Assembly: GCF_018350175.1 (NCBI RefSeq)
Contig: NC_058373.1
Coordinates: 112,284,001-112,348,000 of the forward strand
Direction of reading: 5' to 3'
DNA from: Felis catus
Taxonomy: Eukaryota
Length of the DNA stretch: 64,000 bases
Position 1 is the stretch's first letter; every line of letters starts with the position of its first letter. This document shows, piece by piece, positions 49,440 through 62,830 of this stretch. The position numbers and the translations under genes were made by a program. A model generated the notes under the pieces. The model had not been told where the DNA came from and did not search any database. It saw nothing but the letters and a program-made list of their open reading frames with translations.

Positions 49440-51525
49440 AAGTATAACCCAGGTGGCATTCAGTCTTCTTTTAAATTCAATCTGTACCTGTGGACCTCTA
49501 TGTCTAGAGGAAAATGCAAAATCATGCTGACGAGTTTTATTTTTTTATTTTTTAATGTTTATTTATTTTTGAGACAGAGAGAGACAGAGCATGAAGGGGG
49601 AGGGTCAGAGAGAGAGGGAGACACAGACTCTGAAACAGGCTCCAGGCTCTGAGCTGTCAGCACAGAGCATGACACGGAGCTCGAACTCACAGACCGTGAG
49701 ATCATGACCTGAGCCGAAGTTGGAAGCTCAACCGACTGAGCCACCCAGGTGCCCCAGTTTTACTTTAAATTAATGGTCATAAACATCAAGTGAGTCCTTT
49801 ATATTATCTGGCATTCATACTATATTTTCCTAGGGCATTTATTTTTTTATTCTCTTAGATGGCTTATTTCATGTTTTCTCTCATCAGACTTCCTGACAGT
49901 ATCTTTTCCCCAATCTTGTCCTCAGCTGATGATTTTGCTTCTTAAGTCACTGAAAAAAAATTGAAGCAATCAGAAGGGAACTTGCATGGACTCCTTTTAT
50001 CACATCCATCTACCTACCAAAATCTCTAATTCCTATACTCTATATTCTCACCTATTACTTTCAACTTTTCTAAAGCCAGTATCTCTGTTGTGCATTATAT
50101 TCATTTATTTATGCATCCTTAATAATATTGTTTCATCAATTCTCTACTCTCACTAAAGTTTTCTCAGTACTGCATCACTGCCATAAAAAGACAAAAGATG
50201 TTTTATTTTTATAACATCTTTTATTTGGCCGTCCTTCCCTTACCAGGTAATACTTTATTTGCTCTCCATTTACAACAAACTACTTGAAAGAGTTGTCCAT
50301 GCTCCCTGTGTCCAATTACATTTTTTTCTATTTCCTTTTAAATCCAGTACAGTTATTTTTTATCATTGCATTGAAACTACTCTCAATAAAGTTACCAATA
50401 ACTTTTATATTGCCAAATCTCAAGTTAATTTCTCAATACACATCTCCCTTGACTTAGCAGCAACGTTTGATAACAGTTGATTATTGTCTCTTGCCTATCC
50501 CTTCTTGGCTTCCAGGAAATTATACTTTAAAAGATCTTTCTTCCTGTATCATTTTTCCTTCTTCTCAGTCTCTTAAAAGTTGGGGTATCCTGTCTTTGGT
50601 TCTCTTCTCTGTCTACACTCACTCCCTTGTGACCATGGCTCTAAATACCAACTATATATTGACAACTGCCAAATTTATATTTATATCTCCATTTAAGACC
50701 CCTCTCTTGAATTCCACACTCCTATGTCTATATCTATCTATCTATGCCTGTCAAGTAGGGGATATATATTTGTGTATATACTACTTGACATTGCCACTTG
50801 GATGTCTAATTAACATTGTGTAATTAATATGTCTCTATCCAAATTATTGATTTCCTGCTCAAAACTTGCTCTTGCCACAATATTTTTCAGCTCTGTAAAT
50901 GTCTACTACATTTTTTCCAGTTGGAGCCACCATTGAGTTCTTCTCTTTCTTACTCCCACAACCAATTTGTAATCAAAAGCTTGTCAAGCCATACTTTGAA
51001 AATATGAAAATGTATTTAAAATACATCAATTTCTTACTATTTCCACTGCTATTACCCTGGTCCAAACCATTTTATCTCACCTGGATTACTGCAGTAATCT
51101 GGTAATTTGTCTCTCCCTTGCACTTTTACACTCCCTTTTACAGTCTTAACACAGTAGCCAAGTGATCCCCTTCCAAAAGTAAAATGTTTCACTTCCCTGC
51201 TCAGAGTTGTCTCCTGGCTCCCAGGAACCACTGGACCAACTTCCTTAAATGTCACCTTCTCAAACTCTTTTTTTCACATATATTCCTCCCTTGTATACTC
51301 CTAATTTCCCTTACCTGCTCTATTTTTTTCTATAGCATTTATTGCCATTTAACATATTTTTTAATTTACATGTTGAGTTGTTTATTGTCTTTTCCCTTTG
51401 TTAGAATAAGCTTCACTAGGGCCGGGATCTTCATCTATTTGTTTTATTTACTGACACATTCTTAGTAACTGAAACAGTGCCTAGCATGTAATAAGTGCCC
51501 AGTAAATATTTTTTGAGTGAAATAA
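49440..51525 (+). mobile_element. Long L2 remnant
   Basis: ctccttgacttagcagca-like motif, ccacttggatgtctaat, cacctggattactgcagta, terminal acagtgcctagcatgtaataagtgcccagtaaatatt. Confidence 0.8.
49540..49755 (-). mobile_element. Can-SINE within the L2
   Basis: TSD agttttaYttt. Confidence 0.92.
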
Positions 51526-53029
51526 GAATGCCTGTTCCTCAAGATTGTATAGATATTAACTGTGACAGTATACTTGAAGTCCAGACGATAACAGGCAAGC
51601 TATACATGCTTAGTAATTTTGTTATTTTTCTTCCCGTTTCTTAGTTACTCAGGAAGTGTTGGGAGTTCTGTGTTTATTTCATTCTCCCTGGTGTAGCCTT
51701 TGCATCTGAACCAGCTTTTCCTCATTCTTCTTTATGTTCTCTCCCTCTTTCTAACAGAGAAGGGGGAAAGAGTTAAAATTAAAGGAGTAGAAATATAGAG
51801 GAGGAAAAAGATCTCTGTTTCTTGTAGGTGGAAAAAAATTTATCAGACATCAGACTGCTACTTTTAATGATGTTTCTCCCATTTTAGGAAATCTCTTCTT
51901 TTTCTCCATATATTATTTTCTGGTTCACAGTTCCTGGCGTGTAGTTGATGCTCAACAAATTTTTGGGTTACCATGTTAGTTTGGTTCAGTGGAATTTACT
52001 TTTCCAAACATAGAAGATCTAAAAGGAGCAAAAGAGTCTGAGAACTAATTCAGAACATTGAGTAAAAACTGATACAATCTTATGCTACTACATTGGCCAA
52101 GGGGAGAAAATATAATTATGCGATGAATCAGACATAGACAGGTGTTGGCAACAACAAGGTGTTGAAAAAAAGTATAGCTCCTTATTTTATGAAACATATT
52201 TTTGTTGTTGTTGTTTTATTCTTACAAACCTTTTTGTTATCCCAGTGTTATAAATGTGGAAACTGAGGTTCAGAGTGGTGATATATCCTGTACAAAGTCA
52301 AACAGTAAGTATCAGAGTTGGTGCTCAAAATTAAGTCTTTTCAATAACTAACTTCATGCTCATTCTGGTAAGATAGGGAAAGTAAGGAATAAATACTAAA
52401 AATTAAAATATTAAAATAATATTTTGAGGTGTTTATCCTAGTTTTATATTCTGGTTTTGCATGTTATGAGTCACATCACATTCTTTCTGAGTGTGATAAC
52501 CTTTTACAGAGTGATGCTTATGAGACTTAAATGGAAGAATGTTGTAAAAATGTTGTGCTTATTGGTGTTCTTATTCCCTCATAGTGTGGCAAACCACAGC
52601 TAGACTGGGTTATAGGAAATGGTCTGAGTAGAGACAAGTAAGAATTTAATTGTATCAAGCCCCTAGGAAGATATCAGCAGAGACAGGTAAGAAAAAAATG
52701 GGACTGGTGAATCTAAAGAAAATTAGTTAAATATTAAAATGAATGAAAATAAATGAGATGGGAGAAAGAAAGAATTTCAGAATGAGCAGGGGAAGGAGAT
52801 GAAATGAGCTCCTAATTTAATAAGAGAAGTAGCTGTGAATTTTCTCCTTGATGTTACAGCATAATGAGAGATTCTCATACTGAAAGAGGGCTTAGAGTCC
52901 ACCATTTTATCGGTAAGGAAGTGGAGGAGGCTCATAGAAGTCAAGTAAATTGCTCAGAGATGTAACAAGTGGCAGAATCGACATATAAGCCCCAATCCAG
53001 GGCTTTTTCTATGTAACATGAGAAAATCA

Positions 53030-53272
53030 TCATCATCATCATCACTAACCCATATGTTTACTATATATCAGGCTCTGTACTGAGCACTTTTATATATGTT
53101 AACTCAGTTAAAGTTAATAACCTGATGAGATAGTATGGCCTGTTTTCCCAATGTTACATATGTGGAAACTAAGGCACAGAGAATTGGAGTGATATGTCAC
53201 ATAGCTTACTGGTGGAGCTGGAATTTTAGCCTGGGTAGTCTGGCTTGTACATGTTGTTAACCCCACTACATT
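53030..53272 (-). mobile_element. MIR
   Basis: ttacatatgtggaaactaaggcacagaga core; similar cores near 52250 and 52900. Confidence 0.7.
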
Positions 53273-53313
53273 ATATTACACTACAACTTTATTTCAATGA
53301 AGTAAATGACTTA

Positions 53314-53525
53314 GGGGTGCCTAGGTGGCTCAGTCAGTTAAGCATCTGACTTTGGCTCAGGTCATGATCTCGCGGTTCATAGGGCTCTGTGCTGACAGCT
53401 CAGAGCCTGGAGCCTGCTTTGGATTCTGTGTCTCTTTCTGCCCCTCCCCTGCTCATGCTCCATCTCTCTCTGTCTCTCAAAAAATAAATAAACATTAAAA
53501 AAATAAAAAATAAAAATAAAAAATA
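53314..53525 (+). mobile_element. Can-SINE with internal deletion of the B-box region
   Basis: gcggttcat joins directly to agggctctgtg; A-rich tail. Confidence 0.9.
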
Positions 53526-55149
53526 AAGAACTTAAAGGTAACCTAGTTTTTGAATGAGGGAGTTTAAAAAAGGGATTTCAAAATCTCACATTCAGTGATA
53601 GCTACTTAATAGACTTAGTAAAGTGGAATCCTTGTTTGTACTTTTCAAAAGAATGCTGAATTATTCAGGTATCTAGTTTTTAAGTTACCATATTCAGTTA
53701 ATATAAAGCTGTTAACTTGTGATTTTTGATTTATTTATGACCAGCTGATGCCAATTTTAAATGTTTTAGTGTAACTGAAAGGAAGATGGCATTGAAATAT
53801 CTTTTCCAGTGAATCCTTTGAAGTTACTCACCTTTCTACAACAAGCGTTATCAATTTGAATTAATGTAAAAGAAATATCACTGAACAATTTATTCATACA
53901 AAATAATGCTAAGGTAAGATATTTCCAAGTGTGCTAATATTAATAAGTCATCCAGTCAACTTTGGTAGCGTTTTGAAAAGTCCTTAAGTTATATTAACTT
54001 AGGTTTAAAAATACATAGTTTTTTTTTTTTTTTTTTAATGTCATTTTAGGCAACCCCATTTAGGCTTTTTCATAGTGATTGTTTCAGTAGTAAGGATACG
54101 TAATATGCCATTTCCATGACCCTCTTGTCTTTTAAAGAAATTCTCATCATCTTGGCTTCTAAGTTTCTTCGGTGGTTATTTGGTACCTATTTTACAGTTC
54201 TCTGCATCCTGTGTACTTCACATGTTCGAATGACCATCAACTCTTTGGTTTCACTGTTAGTAAACTGCCTCTTTTCTGTGTCTTTTCTTTATTAAACATA
54301 CTGTGGTAAATTGCAAAAATGGGCACAGTTTTTGGATTCTCCTTCCATTGTGAGGGCCTTTTGTCTCACCCTTGTGTTACTTTCTTTGGCCAATTGAATA
54401 AGGCTAAGGGCTATTTTGCAGGTCCTGATCCTACATCTCAAGAGATCTTGCAGCTTTCTCTTATTTTTTGGAGTTTTCCCACTTCTGCTCTGTAGAAGCC
54501 TGGATTAGCTTCTAGTATGTTAAGATACATATATGACCCAGTCACCTCTGTTGCCCCAATTGACAACTTATCCGTGTATCTTCCACATAATCACCAACAC
54601 AAGAATATTTCTGTTTCCTTGGAAAGTTACCTCACATTTAACCTTTCCTACATCTCTCTGTTGATGTCTCATTTTCCACTTGACTCGCCCTGCTTCCTTG
54701 TTCTAACTTCCAGTGTAAGACCTTACAACAGTATGATTCCATTTTATTGCCTCTTTTTGGATGTAATTTTTGTTATATATTTTACTTCTATGTATGTTAT
54801 AAACTTCACCTTACAGTGTTGTATTTTGCCTTGAATAGTTATTTGACTTTTAAGCAAAATGAGAAGAAAGAAAACATAGTCTTTGTATTTTACCAACTTA
54901 TTTACCATTTCTGGTGTTCTTTGTTCCTTCCTGTAAGTCTAAGTATCCATTTGGTATCCTTTTTCTTTGGCCTACAGGACATGCTTTAGCATTTCATATT
55001 GTGTATATAGGCTGGCAAGGAATCTCTCCGTTTTTATTTAGCTGAAAATGCCTACCTAATTTTTGAAGGATATTTTTGCTGAATACAAAATTTTACGTTG
55101 CTTCTACCCTCCCACCTCCTCACCCTCATGCTTTGAAGACATCATTTTA

Positions 55150-55360
55150 GGGATGCCTGTGTGGCTCAGTCAGTTAAGCATCCAACTTCAGTCAGGTCAT
55201 GATCTCACAGCTTGTGAGTTCAAGTCCCGCTTCAGGCTCTGCTGACAGTTTAGAGTCTGGAGCCTGCTTCAGATTCAGTGTCTGTCTTTCTTCCCCGCCC
55301 CCATTTAATACATTATATTAAATGTATATAAATAAACATCTAAAAAATTAAAAAAAAAAA
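55150..55360 (+). mobile_element. Can-SINE inside an old antisense L1M fragment (about 54700-55900)
   Basis: SINE head; degenerate TSD aagacaYcRtt. Confidence 0.85.
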
Positions 55361-56532
55361 GACACCGTTGTATTGCCTTCTGATCTCCAATGAGAAGTTA
55401 GTAGTCATCCTTGTTTGTCTTATATTTGAAGTCTTTTTTCCTTCTTTTTTCCTTCTCTGACTGCATTCGATCAATATTTTTCTTTATCTTTGGTTTTTAT
55501 CAGTGTGACTATGATATGCCCAGATGTGGTTCTCTTTGTATTTATTCTGCTTGGGATTGGCTACACTGCTTGAAACTTGGTGTTTTTCTTCATATTTGGG
55601 AAGTTCTAGGCCATTATTTTTTAAATATTTCTTCTGCCCCAGTCTTATTCTTTTTTCCTCTAGCAACACAATTACACATATTTTAGATCATCTCATATTG
55701 GTTCTCAGGTCCCTGAAGGTTTATTCATTTTTCTTTAGTCCCTTTTCTCTCTGCAAAGTTGAATAATTTTAATTGATTGGTTTTCAAATTCACTTTCTTT
55801 TACCATCTCCAGTATATTGTTAAATGCTTCCACTAAAGTTTTAATTTCAAATAGAGTACTTTTAAGAACTCATTTGGTTCTTTTTTATAGTTTATATTTA
55901 ATTTCTCATTTAACCTAAATTACTGGTTTTCAACATGAATTTTAATTTCTTGGCTTCTTTATCTTCCTTTTTAATTTTATTAAAAAGCCTTGTTATTTCA
56001 TCTTGATTGTGAAATGGTATTAGATATAATTTAGTACAAATTAAAAGTCTTAGGCTACTTATCTAAAAGTTTACATTTTAGGATATTTTACTTTCCTGGA
56101 CTTTCTGGGTTTTAATGTTTGAAAACCACATGGACTTAGGATTTATGCTAGGATGGATGTGTAATCAAGGGTAGAGATGAGGACAGAAATAAACTTAAGG
56201 TTAGGTTCTGTAGGATGGCCAATTCAACAATGGGACTAATGACATTTTAAATTAAGTACAGAACCTGTTAGGTGATTGGATTTTATGTATGCTTTGCTCT
56301 TATACTGTAAATTATATAGTCAGGGAATCAGACTTTCAGAGCCACAACAGACTTTAGAAATGATCCTAATTACCTCATTTTCATTCTGTTAAAATGGGTG
56401 TGTAAGGACTTCATTCCTACTAAGTTGAATGAATTTTCCAGTGCAAATTATTATGGCAAGAATAGAATCATACATACATGGTACAATATAAAGGTTTTGA
56501 TAGTTCTCAGCCAATATATGACAGATAATATA

Positions 56533-57469
56533 TTTTTATTAATGTTTTTATGTAAGTGTAATTAATATAGTGTTCTATTTGTTTTAGTTGTACAATATAG
56601 TGATTCAACAGTTCCATTCATCACCTGAAGCTCATCACAACAAGTGCACTCCTTAATCTCCATCATCTATTTAACACATACCCCCACCCACTTCCCTTCT
56701 GGTAACTATCAGTTTCTTCACTATAGTTTTTTTTTTTTTTTTTTTTCAATTCCCGTTAGTTAACATACAGTATAATATTAGTTTCAGGTATACAATAAAG
56801 TGATTGAACACTTCCATACACCACCTAGTGCTCATCACAACAAGTGCGCACCTTAATCCTCATCACCTTTTCTCTATGGTTAAGAATGTGTTGTTTGGTT
56901 TGCTTCCCTTTTTCCCCCCTTTGCTTGTTTGTTTTGTTTGTTAAATTCCACATATGAGTGAAATCATATGGTATTTGTCTTTCTCTGACTGACTTATTTC
57001 ACTTAGCATAATACTATCTAGCTCCATCCATGTCATTGCAAATGTCAAGGTTTCATTCTTATAGCTGAGTAATATTTCAGTGTGTGTGTATAGATATATA
57101 CCACATATTCTTTATCCATTCATGAATTGATGGACACTTGGACTGTTTCCATAATTTGGCTATTGTAGATTAGATAATGCTGCTATAAACATTGGGAATG
57201 CATGTATCCCTTTGAGTTAGTGTTTTTGTATTCTTTGGGTAAATATATAGTTGTGTGATTGCTGGATCATAGGGTAGTTCTATTTTTCACTTTTTTTTTT
57301 TAACAAGTATTTATTTATTTATTATTTTTTTGTATATGAAATTTATTGACAAATTGGTTTCCATACAACACCCAGTGCTCATCCCAAAAGGTGCCCTCCT
57401 CAATACCCATCAGCCACCCTCTCCTCCCTCCCACCCCCCATCAACCCTCAGTTTGTTCTCAGTTTTTTT

Positions 57470-57500
<31 letters not shown>

Positions 57501-59165
57501 TTTATATATGAAATTTATTGACAAATTGGTTTCCATACAACACCCAGTGCTCATCCCAAAAGGTGCCCTCCTTAATACCCATCACCTACCCTCTCCTCCC
57601 TCCCACCCCCCATCAACCCTCAGTTTGTTCTCAGTTTTTAACAGTCTCTTATGCTTTGGCTCTCTCCCACTCTAACCTCTTTTTTTTTTTTTTTTTCCTT
57701 CCCCTCCCCCATGGGTTCCTGTTAAGTTTCTGAGGATCCACATAAGAGTGAAACCGTATGGTATCTGTCTTTCTCTGTATGGCTTATTTCACTTAGCATC
57801 ACACTCTCCAGTTCCATCCACGTTGCTACAAAAGGCCATATTTCATTTTTTCTCATTGCCACGTAATATTCCATTGTGTATATAAACCACAATTTCTTTA
57901 TCCATTCATCAGTTGATGGACATTTAGGCTCTTTCCATAATTTGGCTATTGTTGAGAGTGCTGCTATGAACATTGGGGTACAAGTGGCCCTATGCATCAG
58001 TACTCCTGTATCCCTTGGATAAATTCCTAGCAGTGCTATTGCTGGGTCATAGGGTAGGTCTATTTTTAATTTTCTGAGGAACCTCCACACTGCTTTCCAG
58101 AGCGGCTGCACCAATTTGCATTCCCACCAACAGTGCAAGAGGGTTCCCGTTTCTCCGCATCCTCTCCAGCATCTATAGTCTCCTGATTTGTTCATTTTGG
58201 CCACTCTGACTGGCGTGAGGTGATACCTGAGTGTGGTTTTGATTTGTATTTCCCTGATAAGGAGCGACGCGGAACATCTTTTCATGTGCCTGTTGGCCAT
58301 CCGGATGTCTTCTTTAGAGAAGTGTCTATTCATGTTTTCTGCCCATTTCTTCACTGGGTTATTTGTTTCTCGGGTATGGAGTTTGGTGAGCTCTTTATAG
58401 ATTTTGGATACTAGCCCTTTGTCCGATATGTCATTTGCGAATATCTTTTCCCATTCCGTTGGTTGCCTTTTAGTTTTGTTGGTTGTTTCCTTTGCTGTGC
58501 AGAAGCTTTTTATCTTCATAAGGTCCCAGTAATTCACTTTTGCTTTTAATTCCCTTGCCTTTGGGGATGTGTCGAGTAAGAGATTGCTACGGCTGAGGTC
58601 AGAGAGGTCTTTTCCTGCTTTCTCCTCTAAGGTTTTGATGGTTTCCTGTCTCACATTTAGGTCCTTTATCCATTTTGAGTTTATTTTTGTGAATGGTGTG
58701 AGAAAGTGGTCTAGTTTCAACCTTCTGCATGTTGCTGTCCAGTTCTCCCAGCACCATTTGTTAAAGAGGCTGTCTTTTTTCCATTGGATGTTCTTTCCTG
58801 CTTTGTCAAAGATGAGTTGGCCATATGTTTGTGGGTCTAGTTCTGGGGTTTCTATTCTATTCCATTGGTCTATGTGTCTGTTTTTGTGCCATATTTTTCA
58901 CTTTTTGAGGAACTTCCATACTGTTTTTCCAGAGTGGCCGCACTAGCTTGCATTCCCACCAGTAATGCAAGGGGTTCTCTTTTCTCCACGTCCTTGCTAT
59001 CACCTGTTGTTTTTTGTGTTGTTGATTTTAGCCATTCTGACAGGTGTGAGGTGGTATCTCATTGTAGTTTTGTGTGTATTTCCCTGATGGTAAGTGATGT
59101 TGAGCATCTTTTCATAGTGTCTATTGGCCTTCTGTGTGTCTTCTTTGGAAAAATGTCTATTCATT
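56533..59165 (-). mobile_element. Older carnivore L1 with two stacked 3' ends, split by a young L1
   Basis: 3' ends at about 56533-56727 and 56728-56880; body to 57295 resumes at 58907 (gaggaacttccatactg). Confidence 0.88.
57296..58891 (-). mobile_element. Young felid L1, 5'-truncated, with an intact ORF2 C-terminal frame and doubled 3' end
   Basis: 332-aa open frame (57722-58720) with the [14 protein letters not shown] zinc knuckle; perfect 15-bp TSD tatttttcacttttt at 57281-57295 and 58892-58906. Confidence 0.97.
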
Positions 59166-59544
59166 TGTGACAGGTAATGTTAATGTATAGATTTAAAATA
59201 TTGGAACGAAAGTGGATTCAGAATTTGAAGGATAAACAAGTTACTAGTTTAAAAACAGAGAACAAAAAACAGAAAATGGTAGTAGCATAAGCACCCAGTG
59301 TTTATTTATTGTGTCACAAAATAAAATCTCTGTAGCAGATCCTGAACATATGGTAGATTACATAGAATGGTATATTACACATATGGTATATCAAATATAT
59401 ATGTACATCTATGTACACACATTCGTTTAAGTTGTATCAAGTTCTATAATATTACCAAGTGATAATTTTCATTTTCCTTCCTAAATTGATTGATATAGTA
59501 TTCATAAATATTTATCAAAAGGAGAATGAAGTGGCTATTTTATA

Positions 59545-59645
59545 AATGTCTCTATTGTTTATCACTCTGTCTCCCTAGCGTCTATGACAGTGTCTGGCAT
59601 ACAGCAGATGCTTAATAAATATTTATTGAACAAGTAAATGAATCA
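59545..59645 (+). mobile_element. L2 3' terminus
   Basis: acagtgtctggcatacagcagatgcttaataaatatttattgaa...atgaat. Confidence 0.8.
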
Positions 59646-59837
59646 TCCTGTTTTTTAAAAGAATTATTCTTTTGAAAGAGTGCACAGAGAGATGGATTCC
59701 ATTTTATATTGACTGTACTACCAAATGCATCATAAAAAGTTTAAGAATAAACTTCCACAAAATCTTCTGAAATACAGTTGTTATCCTAAAAAAATAGGGT
59801 TTGTCTTAATATTTGGGATTTCTCCCGAGTTTGCTTT

Positions 59838-60041
59838 TTTTTTTTTTTTTTAATGTTTATTTATTTTGAGTGGGGAGGGAGGAGCAGAGAGAGAGAGAGA
59901 GAGGGAGAGAGTGAATCCTAAGCAGGCTCCTAACTGTCAGCTCAGAGCCCAATGTGGGGCTCAATCATATGAATCGTGAGATCATGACCTGAGCTGAAAT
60001 CAAGAGTCAGACGATTAACCTACTGAGCCACCCAGGTGCCC
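59838..60041 (-). mobile_element. Can-SINE
   Basis: TSD tccYgagtYtgcttt. Confidence 0.92.
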
Positions 60042-61666
60042 TTCCTGAGTCTGCTTTGATGAACGTGAACTTACCGGTTAATGAATGGGTAACTACTACA
60101 ACATTTTTATGTGATGAGTATCTAAAATTATTGTAAGACTTTTTTTCAAACCCTTACTTTTCAGTGGTTTCTATTCATTTTGACATTTAATCACATTCTA
60201 CCTTGTATTTGTTATTTAAGTGTTTCATGTATATGAATATTATTCAACTAGATCGCGTACTTCCTAAGTATGGGGACCCTCTTTTACACAATTATTAGCC
60301 ATATGGCATAATATTATTCATGTATAGTTGATAGTCAGTATATATTGAATGATTTAAGAGGAGGTTGCAGAGCACAAGTATTAATTTTTGAGACTCTGTT
60401 GGCCTTTAAGCCTAGACTCTAAAGTGATTGCTTTTCCACCCGCATATCTTTCTGAGGGATATCGCTTCTATAATACTGACCTCTGCATAAGAAGTATACC
60501 CAGGCAGGTGTGCATTTTCTATCTCTTGATACCGTTCTTTCCAACCATAGCCATTTGGACTTAGGAGAGGGAACCAGGTTTAAGAGAAGTCCAGTAAATA
60601 GAGTGACCGGCAATCTTATTTTTTTGTGTATAGAAATGATTTCATCTAATCTGATTGGAAGTAGGAAAATGAATGATTTAGCAGAACAGCTGAACTAAGA
60701 TTTCATTAGGTTGAATTAGCTTATGTTAAGTTGAATCTTTTACCAGCTGAATTCATAGGAAGCAGGAAAGAGAAAGGATAGAAGGTAAAGTAGCTTATTA
60801 TTAGATCAGAGCAACAGCTATATGAATACTGAAGTACTATGAGACATAAACTGGCTTCACATGAATTAGCTGTTTTAAATCCATACAATAGGAACATAAG
60901 TATTTGAAGGCTTACACTTAAAACGGGAATGATATTTTGATGTAAAATATTTACATGTCTGTTTTGTGAATTACTTTTGTGATCTTGTTTTAGGCTTTGT
61001 TAGGATTGAGCTATTTCACTTTTGTTCTTATTTGATGTTGGGGCCTTTAGTCCTAAACCCAGGCCATTCTGAAGTCTCAGCTCAAAGGCCAGGTTATTTT
61101 ATCAAGGTCCTTTTAAATTGCCAGGCCTTAAATTGTAATCTCTTCAGTTGTGAGGTTACTGAAATCTCAGCTCGGAACTTTAACTTCCCAGCTGTCTTTT
61201 TCTTTTGGCATTCTTAGAGTTTTGCCTTATATATATGCAGTTTAGGAGTAAGTCAGCAACTTGAGGGGAATAATATCTTTGCAGGTTTTTGGGTTCCTTC
61301 TCTGCAATTCCTTTAAAGCCTTAGTCTCAGTAGTATTTTGACAGTAGTTTTATTTTTTCCTCTCATCCTTCTTTCCAGAGACTAGGGTTGTAGTGTAAGT
61401 TCAAGCAGTGAGTCTAGCTGTGGTCTTTGCTAGAGCTAGCAAACTTTAATTCCTATTACCCTACAGGAACTGAAAATCTGCTACTGCTTTCTTCTGAACA
61501 AAGGAGCTCAATAGGTTTGTAGCTTTAGCTCTGCTCACCACTTTACATTTTTATTTCTGGACCACAAGATAGCAATGTGGGGAATAAATATAAATATTTA
61601 AATACTATTTATGTAATTATTAAAATATGTAAATATAGATTTAATTCTTAAATTTTTTTTAAGTTC

Positions 61667-61857
61667 AGTTATTTTTTAAAGTTTATTTTGGGAGAGAGAG
61701 AGAATGAGCATGGGTACACGCAATGGGGAGGTGCGGAGAGAGAGGGTAAGAGAGAATATCCTGAGCAGAGCCTGATGCAGGGCTCAAACTCATCAACTAT
61801 GAGATCATGACCTGAGTTGAAGTTGGCCACTTAACCAACTGAGCCACCCAGGCCCCC
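61667..61857 (-). mobile_element. Can-SINE inserted in the tail of a short L1 3' fragment (61858-62005)
   Basis: Reverse-complement SINE head; followed by agttaacatacag...gtgctcatca, the same L1 terminus as at 56760. Confidence 0.85.
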
Positions 61858-62009
61858 TAATTTTATTTTAATTCTAATGTAGTTAACATACAGCATAATA
61901 TTAGTTTCATGTGTGCAATATAGTGATTCAGCAATTCCAGATATTACTCAGTGCTCATCAAGATAAGTGCACTTAATTCCCTTCACTTATTGCATCCCCC
62001 TTCCTTTTT

Positions 62010-62830
62010 TGGCATAGTTGTATGAATTTTAACACATGTATAGGTGCATGTCTCCATGACCATAGTCAGGATAGAAAATAATCCCAATGAAACCAAAACT
62101 TCTCATGTGCTATTTCATTTTAGTTATGCCTTCCTTTACTTATAACCTCTGGCAACCACCATTTTGATCTTCATCACTGTAGTTTTATCTTTTTAAGAAT
62201 GTTGTATCAGTGGAATCATACATTATTTAGCCTTAGGTGAGACTGGTTTCCTTCATTCTGCATAATGTTTTTGAGATTCAACCAAGTTGCATGTATCAAT
62301 AGTTCATTCCTTTTTATTGCTGAGTAGTATTTTGTTGTACAAATGTGCCACAGTTCATCCATTCACCAGTTGAAGGACAGTTAGGACATCTGGGTGTTTT
62401 TGTTTTTTGTTTTTTGTTTTTGTTTTGGAGTATTTGAGCAGAGCTGCTGTAAACATTCATGTACAGGTTTTTGTGTGAACATATGTTTTCGTTTCTCTAG
62501 GGTAAATACCTAGATTGCTGGGATTGCTGGGTCCTATGGTAAGTGTATGTTTAACTTTTAAGAAACTGCCAAACTGCTTTCTTGAGTAGCTGTGCCATTT
62601 TGCATCCCCCAACAATGTGTGAGAATTCTAATTGCTCCACATACTTGCTAGCATTTGTTATTGTATTTTTAGTCATTCTAGTAGGTATGTACTGATATCT
62701 CATTGTGATTTGCATTTCTCTATTGGTTAATGATGTTGAACATATTTACATGTGCTTATTTGCCATCCATATATCCTATTTGGTGAAATGTCTGTTCAGG
62801 TCTTTTGCCCATTTTTTAGTTGAGTTGTTG
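62010..62830 (-). mobile_element. Ancient L1M 3' region
   Basis: ctctggcaaccacc, agttcattcctttttattgctgagtagta, ttttaagaaactgccaaact, tgatgttgaacat. Confidence 0.8.

Noticed and set aside
57722..58720. 332-aa ORF as a host gene
   Set aside because: C-terminal part of L1 ORF2 in a 5'-truncated copy without promoter or ATG.
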